Positions 46,894 through 55,310 of a DNA stretch of 57,450 bases are shown here, piece by piece. This DNA comes from a virus (lineage: Duplodnaviria; Caudoviricetes). The stretch's first letter is position 1. Each line of letters opens with the position of its first letter. The stretch is from the IMG/VR virus record IMGVR_UViG_3300035182_002025, positions 1-57,450 of that record, one strand, 5' to 3'. The notes under the pieces were generated by a model. The model had not been told where the DNA came from. It saw only the letters and a list, made by a program, of their open reading frames with translations, and made no database searches. A program made the translations under genes and the position numbers.

Positions 46894-49800
46894 ATGGCCG
46901 GCCCCTGCAAATACCGCTTTACAGATAAAAATGGAAACGAGGTAGAGTTGGGGCTTTCAGCCTTCAAGGCGTACCTAGCCGATGGGGGTCTTGAACAGTT
47001 TTATCCGGCAAAAGATTTTCCGTGGCAGGCTCAATTCTCTAGGCCTGCAGCGCTCCCTGAAAAGATCAACATTGATGGCAAAGAGCGCTGGACGGTCAAC
47101 AGTTCTGGCCGTCCCATCGCCAGCACCGAAGAAGCCGTTCGCAACTTTTGGAACTGGTTTACAGACAGCCAAGTTGTAGACGATCAAGGCAGACCGATTG
47201 TGGTCTACCACGGCACAACCCACGATTTCTCAAAATTCGACATAGGTCAGGCCGGCCAAAAAGATTCAGGCTGGTACGGCACCGGCATTTACGTAACGCC
47301 AGACGCCAACACGGCCAGCGCTTACGCAGACTACGATCAAGAGGCTACCGGTCAAAACGTCATCCCGATGTACGCCAAGATCGAGAACCCGTTCATCTGG
47401 TCGCGAGATATTAAGCCGTCCGGGTCAAAACCCATCAGCGATGACTTCACTCGACTGTTCAAGAACGCGGGCCACGATGGGGTTTTTGCAGAAAATAAGT
47501 ACGCAGCGCCAGAGCACCAGAAATGGTACGAGATGGTCGTATTCCATCCAGAAAACCTAAAAGCTGCATACGGAAACAACGGTAACTTCAGCGCGGAAGA
47601 TACCGATATTCGGTATTCGCGAAACGCGAATACTTCTGGCGAACGTATATCGGAGGCCGATGCCGCACAACACCTGAAAGACAATTTCGGTGTTGGCATT
47701 GATAATCTGATCCGCCAAAAAGTTTTAAACTTCACGCACGGTAAAGCTACGTGGCCTGAGAACGCCAGGAACGCCGCCAGAGGCGATGAAGAAGCGGTCT
47801 ATACGAACGGTAAGGCATACATCGATTTGGACGCCACCGGCAAAGGTCGGCTGAATGCTGTGGTATTACACGAACTCGGCGAGCACTACGGCCTGCAGCG
47901 CATGTTGGGCGAGCAAGCCTACAAGTCTTTGCAGCAACAAGTGATCGCCAGGGCAAAAATACCAGGGTCAAAAGCCGCTGCGGTTTGGGCATCCGTAAAA
48001 GCGGATTACGGCCATTTAGAAGAAGGCAGCCCAAAATTCGTGGCCGAAGTGATCGCCAAGTTAGGTGAAAACGATCCTAAAGCGCCATGGTTCCGCCGCC
48101 TACTTTCCCAGATCAAAGCGTTCTTGATGCGTATGGGTTTGGCTAGGGGGCTGACGGCTGGCACCGTCACAGAATCTGATCTACACGACTTATTACGGGC
48201 CAGCTTGCAGCGCGCTGCCAGGGGTTACGTAAAAGACGACGTCCAGGTATTTGGCGGAAATCCGCAACCCGCGTTCAGTGCTTTAAAATCTTCTGCTTCA
48301 TGGACCGCCGAAAGAATAGACTCATTATTTGGGAACTTTGCCTATACGATGGACGACGATAAGACAAAAGCTTTCGCAGGATTTGTATCCCCTGAAGAGT
48401 TCCTGGACGCTACTACCACCCCCACGCTATTAGCGCAAATAGAGTCGGAATCGAGGCCACTATCCGTAGAAGATATGCGGGATGAGCGCCAGCCTATAAT
48501 ACTGTTCGGTGACTACGACGGAACCACCTTTACCACGGACGGGCATGAGGGGCGGCATAGGATGGTAGCTCTGCGAGATAGCGGCGTAAAAAAAGTCCCA
48601 GTCGTATTTCACATAGGGCAAGGGAAGAAGCTATTTGCAGTTTCGAACGTAAATGTTACGGGCCAATATATTTCAGGTTCTGCTAAATCCGGAGGTGAGG
48701 TATACGGTAGGGGCTTCAAATTGCCTGAAGCTATCCCGATAAATTACGCCAATAAAGCGCGGGTAGAAGCATTTTTCGGCGTAGATTCGGACGCACAGTT
48801 TTCTCGCCCTAGTTTGGAGGCCGTCAAGCAGCGCATACTGCGCAATGACCAAGGCGACCCTACGCTCACCGCCCAGGCCATCAGAAAGCTTGAGGAAAAG
48901 TGGGGCGCTGTTACCAAGCAGCGTTTCGCCGCGCTTAGCGTCAGGCAGATGGTCGAGTACGCCAAACGGATCATGCCTGGGTTGGAGTCGTATCAGATCC
49001 ACATGCAACAGCGGGAAGCCACCGTTAACTCGATATTGCGGGTAGCGGATCGGTTAGTATCCGAGGTGTGGAAAAAGTTACCTTTGCGCGTTCAGAAAGA
49101 TTTGGCCGCCGTCATGCACGGATCAACTATCGCCGACATAGACGCCTCCAAAGCTTGGACTGGCACTTTTAAAAACGCGGCCGATACCGGTCAGGTTATG
49201 GGCTTCAACGCCTATACCCAGGAGGCCTTTACCCCTGGTAGAAAAGCCGCGCTGTTAAAGCTGGCTATCGATAACGGGGCGCTGAAACAGCATGACGACA
49301 AGGAAGGCACTGACGATCCTACGCTGTACCTTGATCGGAACGGGTACCTGTTCAAAACAGAGGCCCAGGCAAAAGCTTTCGTGCTGCGCATCCAGGAAAT
49401 GATAGACGCGCAGCGCAAAGATAGATCCCGTATCGGCGCGCCAGACGAGAATATTAACCGCCAGAACGAGCACGCCAGAATAGTGCCACTGTACGAGGCT
49501 CTGGATCCAAAAGCCCAGTACGTGTACGCCGAATCCAACCGCCTGCACAACGACATCTCTTCGCGCAGGCTGGAGGTCCTGTTGGAGCGCATCGGCAGTG
49601 CAATCGCCAACGGGCAAAAGCGTAAGCAATTGATCGCGCAAATGCGCGCGCAGTTCGAATCGAACTCACTCAACTGGTATTACGCCCCGCTGTCGCGTTT
49701 CGGTGAGTTCTGGTTCTACGGCAAGGACAAAGACGGCCAAAAACGCTTCAGCACCTACGAGTCTGATAAAGCGCGCAATGAAGCCGTTAAGAATTACGTG

Positions 49801-52164
49801 GCCGCCGGCAATGAGCTCGTGGGCCAAGGTAAATCGATGTCAGGTTTGAGCCTACTTGAAGGTAAAGCCCCTTCAGACGATTTCGTGCTTAAGATTCAGG
49901 AGATGATCAGCGGCATCAGCGATATGCCTCAGGAATCCAAGGTTAAAATACAGGACCAAATTTACCAGATGTATCTGGAAACCCTGCCAGATGTATCGGT
50001 AAGGCATAACCGCATGCACCGTAATGACACCCTTGGCTTCGAGGAAGACGCCATGCGGTCATTCTCTAACTCTCAGCACCATGGCGCCACCCAGTTGGCG
50101 AACATGCTCCACGGCGGCGATATGAAGGCCGTGTTGGAAAAACACATTGAGGCCAAGAAATTGGCTGAGCGCCCAGACACTCAACAGTACCTGGACACAG
50201 AGAACGAGGCTGCCGAACTGCTTAAAGATCGGTGGGACGAGTTAACACCCGAGGCTTTGCGCGACATGCTGGCCGGATTCGAAGAGCCCGCTGCCGACGA
50301 TAAAGTATTACGTAAAGCCCAAGAGCTCAGGAGCAAGCTGTACGGCATGAACGCCGATGAAGCCGGCGATGCCCTTGACCGTATAGTAATAGCCAACGAA
50401 GAGCTGACCACCGCGGCTAAACTCATCAAAAAAGAGGACATCAACCGCGCCAGCGATGTGCTGGACGAGCTGCTGAAAACCTACGATTTCATGGTGAATT
50501 ACAACAGCACCGAAATGGATAAGGTGGCCTCCTCCATCAACCAGATGAACTTCATCGGGATGCTGGGCTTCAGCTTGTCGTCTGGCCTAGTCAACTTGAT
50601 CCAAACGCCGGGTGTCGCTATGCCGGTGGCATCTGGGCGCTACGGTGTCGGCGCAACCCTGCGGGAGTTCGGAAAAGCCTATCGGGAATTCATGAAAGCG
50701 TTCTCGCAGAAAAAATACGACGTGGACGGTAACGCCTCCATCTCTGCGCTGCTCCAGGAGCAGTTAGACGCCCTAAAAGCGCGACCAAATTCTAGCGCTA
50801 ACGAGGCTGAAATTCAGAGAATCGACGAAGAAATTTGGGCTATGGAAAAGTTCAAAGAGTTCGGAGACATCTCGCGCACCAGAACCTCTGACATCATGGG
50901 GGTTGCGCAAGAGGGCGCCACCTACGGCGGTAAGTTCCACGATTTTGCGCTAAAAGCCGGCTGGATGTTCCACCACGGCGAAAGGTTCAACCGCGAGGTT
51001 ACCTTGATGGCGAGTTTTAGAATGGCCCTGCAAGGTAATGCCGAATTAGGCGTTCCTCCGCTGGGGAAAGAAGCCGCGCTAGATTACGCGCGTAACGTCA
51101 ACAATCGTTCGCACTTGGACTACACGTCAGAGAACGCTGCGCGCATATTCCGAGGCCCTTTGGCCAAGATCGCCTTGCAGTTCAAAAAGTACCAGCAGGG
51201 CATGCTGTACTTGTGGACTCGTACAGCTATCGACGCATGGTCTACGGTAAAAGAAGAAAACTTCGATACCAAAGCGGCTTACGAATTCGCTGTTGCGGAA
51301 ATGCGTGAGTCTCGCAGAACCTTCTTTGCGCTGTTGGCTATGCAGGCGTCCACCGCCGGCATGTTCGGGCTGCCTATGATGGGCATGGTCGGCGTAGCGT
51401 ATAAGATGATCGCGCAAGCTTTCGGCGACGATGACGATCCGCACGAACTGGAAAAGGACTTGCGCCTGGGCCTGGGTAAGCTATTCGGTCAAACCGCCGC
51501 AGAGGCCATGTCTAAAGGCGTGGTGAATACCTTTACCCCTATCAACTTGGCGTCCAGGCTTGATCAGAAAGACGTGTTCTTCCACGAGCCTATGAAAGAG
51601 CTGGAGGGTCGTGATGCCGGTCAGAATTACGTGGCGGCACTGTTCGGCCCAACCGGTGGCACCGTCGAAAAGGTGTTCCAAGGTATGTCTTACCTGTCAG
51701 ATGGGTACTACGGCCGGTTCCTAGAGTCCATAATGCCCAAAGCGGTGGGCGATATAGCCAAGGCCGCACGGTTCTCAGCCGAAGGCGCCAAAACGCTAGA
51801 CAACATGCCTTTGAAGGACATGTCGGCGTTCGAAAGCTTCGCCCAGGCGATGGGTTTTGGAAGTTCAGGGCTGGAGCGTAAATACGCCGAACGTGGCTTC
51901 GCCAAAGGCGAGGAAGCGGCGATAAAAGATACCCGCACCAAAGTTATGCGGGAGGCTGCGTGGGCCAAGGTGAAGGGCGAGCAGCCTGATATGCAGGCTA
52001 TACGCGATTGGAACATGAAACACCCTGAAAAGAAAATCCTGCCGGAGCATTTATCCGCTTCGGTCAAGGGCATCAAAGAGAGTGTCAAGAAACGCCAAGA
52101 GCGCGGATACGTTGTCGATCCTAAGTTGGAATACTTGTACGAAGAGAACGATCTGCCGGAATAA
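46894..52164 (+). CDS. Giant polyvalent protein: ART-PolyVal ADP-ribosyltransferase, zincin-like metallopeptidase, ParB-like and PLxRFG domains
   Basis: FWNWF.DSQVVD..GRP.VVYHGT...GIYVT..ASAYA; VVLHELGEHYGL; HEGRHRMVAL; YAPLSRFG; helical C-terminus. Confidence 0.85.
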   Translation: MAGPCKYRFTDKNGNEVELGLSAFKAYLADGGLEQFYPAKDFPWQAQFSRPAALPEKINIDGKERWTVNSSGRPIASTEEAVRNFWNWFTDSQVVDDQGRPIVVYHGTTHDFSKFDIGQAGQKDSGWYGTGIYVTPDANTASAYADYDQEATGQNVIPMYAKIENPFIWSRDIKPSGSKPISDDFTRLFKNAGHDGVFAENKYAAPEHQKWYEMVVFHPENLKAAYGNNGNFSAEDTDIRYSRNANTSGERISEADAAQHLKDNFGVGIDNLIRQKVLNFTHGKATWPENARNAARGDEEAVYTNGKAYIDLDATGKGRLNAVVLHELGEHYGLQRMLGEQAYKSLQQQVIARAKIPGSKAAAVWASVKADYGHLEEGSPKFVAEVIAKLGENDPKAPWFRRLLSQIKAFLMRMGLARGLTAGTVTESDLHDLLRASLQRAARGYVKDDVQVFGGNPQPAFSALKSSASWTAERIDSLFGNFAYTMDDDKTKAFAGFVSPEEFLDATTTPTLLAQIESESRPLSVEDMRDERQPIILFGDYDGTTFTTDGHEGRHRMVALRDSGVKKVPVVFHIGQGKKLFAVSNVNVTGQYISGSAKSGGEVYGRGFKLPEAIPINYANKARVEAFFGVDSDAQFSRPSLEAVKQRILRNDQGDPTLTAQAIRKLEEKWGAVTKQRFAALSVRQMVEYAKRIMPGLESYQIHMQQREATVNSILRVADRLVSEVWKKLPLRVQKDLAAVMHGSTIADIDASKAWTGTFKNAADTGQVMGFNAYTQEAFTPGRKAALLKLAIDNGALKQHDDKEGTDDPTLYLDRNGYLFKTEAQAKAFVLRIQEMIDAQRKDRSRIGAPDENINRQNEHARIVPLYEALDPKAQYVYAESNRLHNDISSRRLEVLLERIGSAIANGQKRKQLIAQMRAQFESNSLNWYYAPLSRFGEFWFYGKDKDGQKRFSTYESDKARNEAVKNYVAAGNELVGQGKSMSGLSLLEGKAPSDDFVLKIQEMISGISDMPQESKVKIQDQIYQMYLETLPDVSVRHNRMHRNDTLGFEEDAMRSFSNSQHHGATQLANMLHGGDMKAVLEKHIEAKKLAERPDTQQYLDTENEAAELLKDRWDELTPEALRDMLAGFEEPAADDKVLRKAQELRSKLYGMNADEAGDALDRIVIANEELTTAAKLIKKEDINRASDVLDELLKTYDFMVNYNSTEMDKVASSINQMNFIGMLGFSLSSGLVNLIQTPGVAMPVASGRYGVGATLREFGKAYREFMKAFSQKKYDVDGNASISALLQEQLDALKARPNSSANEAEIQRIDEEIWAMEKFKEFGDISRTRTSDIMGVAQEGATYGGKFHDFALKAGWMFHHGERFNREVTLMASFRMALQGNAELGVPPLGKEAALDYARNVNNRSHLDYTSENAARIFRGPLAKIALQFKKYQQGMLYLWTRTAIDAWSTVKEENFDTKAAYEFAVAEMRESRRTFFALLAMQASTAGMFGLPMMGMVGVAYKMIAQAFGDDDDPHELEKDLRLGLGKLFGQTAAEAMSKGVVNTFTPINLASRLDQKDVFFHEPMKELEGRDAGQNYVAALFGPTGGTVEKVFQGMSYLSDGYYGRFLESIMPKAVGDIAKAARFSAEGAKTLDNMPLKDMSAFESFAQAMGFGSSGLERKYAERGFAKGEEAAIKDTRTKVMREAAWAKVKGEQPDMQAIRDWNMKHPEKKILPEHLSASVKGIKESVKKRQERGYVVDPKLEYLYEENDLPE

Positions 52165-52165
52165 T

Positions 52166-52191
52166 AAAAAGGCCCTTAACGGGCCTTTTTT
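52166..52191. terminator. Bidirectional intrinsic terminator between the convergent arms
   Basis: AAAAAGGCCC-TTAAC-GGGCCTTTTTT. Confidence 0.9.
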
Positions 52192-52477
52192 AATCCGCTT
52201 TCTTATCGGACTCCTCAAAGAACCAGTCCCAGTTGCACATGAGCTTGGCTCGCATCGACTTAAGCTTTCCGAGGATAAACTCCTGCCTATTGGAAAAGCG
52301 TTTTTCTACGGCGACTAGGGCTATTATTTCCATCTGGCTGCGCATTTCACGCTCTTGCAGGATGGCTTCATGCAACCCTTCGCTGGTAGCTTGGACTATG
52401 AAGGGTGCGACCTCCGGGAATTTCTTTGAGTATTCTCGAACACGCTCGAGAAAAGATACGTGGTCCATAAGGTTCAT
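52190..52477 (-). CDS. Hypothetical protein
   Basis: 95-aa helical ORF; GAGG RBS. Confidence 0.65.
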   Translation of the reverse strand: MNLMDHVSFLERVREYSKKFPEVAPFIVQATSEGLHEAILQEREMRSQMEIIALVAVEKRFSNRQEFILGKLKSMRAKLMCNWDWFFEESDKKAD

Positions 52478-52496
52478 TTTTTACCTCTCTTCGCCG

Positions 52497-52793
52497 CTAT
52501 GCGGCCTGATACAGCGAGTAAAACGTCGCCCTATGCACTAATATAGCGCCAGACTTCCTGGCACGTATCAGCGATTTTGGCCCACAGAAAGAAACTCCGT
52601 TGAACCTTACTCGTACCGCTTTAACAGTTTCTGCCCCTGTGAAACTAACATCCCGCCAGGAATGGTAAAAGTTCGGGTCTTGCTCCGGGCGCTCGTAAGG
52701 GGTGCGGCTTCTACCGCCGTGCCGGTACCCCTCATCGAAAGCCCTATCATAGGACTCCCAAGCGGCTAATTCATGATCGAAAGTGTCAGACAT
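52497..52793 (-). CDS. Hypothetical protein
   Basis: MSDTFDHE... start after AGGTG; ETVKAVRV motif. Confidence 0.6.
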   Translation of the reverse strand: MSDTFDHELAAWESYDRAFDEGYRHGGRSRTPYERPEQDPNFYHSWRDVSFTGAETVKAVRVRFNGVSFCGPKSLIRARKSGAILVHRATFYSLYQAA

Positions 52794-52818
52794 CGTGTCA
52801 CCTGCTATTCTATAAATC

Positions 52819-52842
52819 AAAAAAGAGCCCTCCTAAGAGGGC
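52819..52842 (-). terminator. Intrinsic terminator after rlpA
   Basis: Minus strand GCCCTC-TTAG-GAGGGC-TCTTTTTT. Confidence 0.75.
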
Positions 52843-52861
52843 GAGTGCTGCCTGCTGACGA

Positions 52862-53233
52862 TCAGTTACGGCGAGATTTTACGCTAAAACTATTGTGCGT
52901 CAAGGCTTTTCTTACATTTAACACTTCGACCGGCCCGACACCGTCAATCTTCAGGTGTCGGGCTGCGGCTCTCGAAAGATCAAGGTGCCTGCCTTTTACG
53001 AACGGCCCCCGGTCAGTCACTGTTACTTTTACCGTTCGGTCGCCCTTCTTCAAATGCAGGACTGTACCAAACGGGAGCGTTTTGTGGGCGGCTGTCATTT
53101 TGCGCGGGTTATACCGCTCTCCTGAAGCCGTGATACCGGGCTGATCGTACCAAGATGCTACCATCGTTTGCCCAGTCGTCTTCGGCGATACTGTCGCCAT
53201 TATCGCCATAAGATAAAACTTTGCCATCAGCAT
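52862..53233 (-). CDS. rlpA: RlpA-like (DPBB) lytic transglycosylase
   Basis: ASWY....TASGERYN...TAAHKTLPFGT.....VTDRGPFVKGR.LDLSRAAA. Confidence 0.93.
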   Translation of the reverse strand: MLMAKFYLMAIMATVSPKTTGQTMVASWYDQPGITASGERYNPRKMTAAHKTLPFGTVLHLKKGDRTVKVTVTDRGPFVKGRHLDLSRAAARHLKIDGVGPVEVLNVRKALTHNSFSVKSRRN

Positions 53234-53452
53234 AACCCTCTGATTTAGGAGCCATCATTGTTCGGAGTGGCTACGTTAAAATTACGGTTGTAAGCCGCCT
53301 GAGCTCCCTATAAAAAGGAGTTGCCTGCCTCTTGCCGGCTACTGGCAGGCGAGTAGCTTAAACATCAATGCCTATAACCATCAGGAGTTAATTGAAAGTT
53401 AAAGTTTTGCCGGTAGCTTTCCCGGCTGTCGTCACGGATTTGTGAGAACCTT
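53234..53452 (-). other. Long structured leader or candidate small RNA upstream of rlpA
   Basis: About 220 nt without a long ORF; hairpins GCCGG/CCGGC, GCCTGCC/GGCAGGC, CTCCT/GGGAG, AGCCA/TGGCT. Confidence 0.45.
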
Positions 53453-53457
53453 TGTAA

Positions 53458-53486
53458 ATAGTACAGTAACCAGATTAGCGTGTCAA
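53458..53486 (-). promoter_or_regulatory. Near-consensus sigma70 promoter
   Basis: TTGACA (53486-53481), 17 nt, TACTAT (53463-53458). Confidence 0.8.
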
Positions 53487-53493
53487 GTGCTAT

Positions 53494-54129
53494 CTAGTTG
53501 CATTTTGAATCTCCGCATTCGAGACAGGTCTGGCACCCATCCAACAGCACGACGGCCTTAGCGTTGCACTTAGGGCATACTGTAGCCGATTCCGGGTATT
53601 CGGTCTCGCCAGCGCCCAGCACTTCCTCGCGCTTTTTGGCTATGAAAGCCTCCATGTGCGTGTCGACCTCTTCAGCAATATAGCCGGAGGCTTTTAAGTG
53701 CCGCTCGATAACGTACCCTATCTCGGCCACCAGTGAAGGAACGAACACGCCTTTATTCCAGTAACCTCCTTTCGGATCGAAAACTTCCTTAAGCTCGTCA
53801 ACAAGGAACGTCACATCGCCACCTTTGCGGAACACTGCGGAAATGACCCGGGTCAAAGACGTCGCCCACTGGAAGTGGTCCATTTCCTTCGAGTTAAAGA
53901 AAATCTCGTAGGGGTGTTCGACGCCATCCAGCTCGTAGTTGTTGATCGTCACGTACAAGGCCTTGTCCATAGCTGGCGGCTTGATCTTGTAGGTACTGCC
54001 AAACAGTATGTCTGGGCGCTTAATGCCCTCGTGCATTGAGGCAGCTTCAACTGGTGTGGGCGTTTCCTCCGGTGCCGTATCGGTTTTAACTTTGTACCCG
54101 ACTATCTTTTGATCGATTTTATTTGTCAT
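53494..54129 (-). CDS. nrdJb: NrdJb-like (TSCPD domain) class II ribonucleotide reductase C-terminal subunit
   Basis: RP..L.GSTYKIK...ALYVTIN...SAVFRKGGDVTFLV.ELK.VFDPKGGY...CPKC...DGCQTCLECGDSKC. Confidence 0.9.
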   Translation of the reverse strand: MTNKIDQKIVGYKVKTDTAPEETPTPVEAASMHEGIKRPDILFGSTYKIKPPAMDKALYVTINNYELDGVEHPYEIFFNSKEMDHFQWATSLTRVISAVFRKGGDVTFLVDELKEVFDPKGGYWNKGVFVPSLVAEIGYVIERHLKASGYIAEEVDTHMEAFIAKKREEVLGAGETEYPESATVCPKCNAKAVVLLDGCQTCLECGDSKCN

Positions 54130-54683
54130 AGCGGCCTCCTGGAGCCGTGATTCTTATGGAACCCAAAGCGCTTTTCGGCCTCTTTTCTGGCGAATTCGGC
54201 CTCACATATATCGTCAAACTGCCCTAAATAGTGATTAGTCCCGCTTACTGTTATTTGCGCCTGCCACTTGCCGTTCCTTACATGCCTAGTAACCCCCATT
54301 ATTCCGCTGGAGTTTGTAATGGGCAATCGGGTGTTTAAGTTATTTTCCTGATGGGTAACTACTCTCAGGTTAGCGTAAGCGTTACACAGCCCGTTCCCGT
54401 CTATGTGATCTACCTCTACCGGAAGCATTCCGTCTTCGTAAAGTATAGCCAACCTATGCGCGTAAAATTTAGAGTAGAGAATCCCTATAGTTATGTAACT
54501 TTTTCCGGATTGATTGGTGAATACGGTTCCCGCTGTTTTTCCTGCATAGTTAGAGTTAAATGTTTTAATAACCCTATCAGACGTATGCCACCTCCTATCT
54601 CTGATCCGCCATATGAATACCCCGCTATCGCGGTCGTATTCCACAAAGCTGCGAAGTTCCTCTTGAGTTATGTTCCGAGGCAT
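54126..54683 (-). CDS. HNH homing endonuclease with AP2-like domain
   Basis: AHRLA..EVDHIDGNGLCN..NLR; NSSG..GV..WQAQI..YLGQF. Confidence 0.92.
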   Translation of the reverse strand: MPRNITQEELRSFVEYDRDSGVFIWRIRDRRWHTSDRVIKTFNSNYAGKTAGTVFTNQSGKSYITIGILYSKFYAHRLAILYEDGMLPVEVDHIDGNGLCNAYANLRVVTHQENNLNTRLPITNSSGIMGVTRHVRNGKWQAQITVSGTNHYLGQFDDICEAEFARKEAEKRFGFHKNHGSRRPL

Positions 54684-54684
54684 T

Positions 54685-55299
54685 TCACGACTCCAGAGTG
54701 TCGTCTACAAGTTTAGAGTAGCCGACAATGTCATGCCAGGAATCTTTATATTCCGGATCGCCGTTTAGGATCCTTCCTATCTTGTGGGCTAACATGTCCA
54801 GGCACTCTTTCTTATCGTCGGTAAGTTTTTCCCACCCCGGTTCAGAGTGCATTACCCGCTTTATTCCCTGAGTTATCCGCGCGTGACCTTTGAAAACCCC
54901 ATACCTAGATCCCCGCTCAGCCAATGTTGAAGCTATGTCAGCGCCCAGTGCTAGTCCGTCTTCCTGAACTTCTTCAGGATTGGCGGGTACCGGCCCCTTA
55001 GCCGCTCTAAAAAAGCAGTCTTTATTATCCCAGCTAGGGGTAGATTGGCACCGCACCCAGCGGTCTTCGCCGTACTCGTCTTCCTTTATAAATACTTCTA
55101 TTGGCAAAGTAAAATCGCTGTCTACCCAAGCTTTTCGCAACTCCCAGTGCATATCGCCGGCCAGCCTATAATCACAATCTTGCTGCCAAATAGGCGCTCT
55201 ACATTTCCCAAACTCTTGGGCACCTACGTGCTTACTCTCAAGGCTGGGCGCCCCCAAGCTTACCCAGTAATCTCTAAACTTATCGTTTCTGTTTGACAT
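54685..55299 (-). CDS. DUF6378/DUF3310-like phage protein
   Basis: TLAERGSRYG...HKIGRILNGDP.Y.DSWHDI.GY. Confidence 0.75.
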   Translation of the reverse strand: MSNRNDKFRDYWVSLGAPSLESKHVGAQEFGKCRAPIWQQDCDYRLAGDMHWELRKAWVDSDFTLPIEVFIKEDEYGEDRWVRCQSTPSWDNKDCFFRAAKGPVPANPEEVQEDGLALGADIASTLAERGSRYGVFKGHARITQGIKRVMHSEPGWEKLTDDKKECLDMLAHKIGRILNGDPEYKDSWHDIVGYSKLVDDTLES

Positions 55300-55310
55300 A
55301 ACTCCTCCAA

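Noticed and set aside
53464-53471. GGTTACTG on the minus strand as a trans target of the C4-like loop
   Set aside because: An 8-nt match is expected by chance in a sequence this long, and it lies in a promoter spacer
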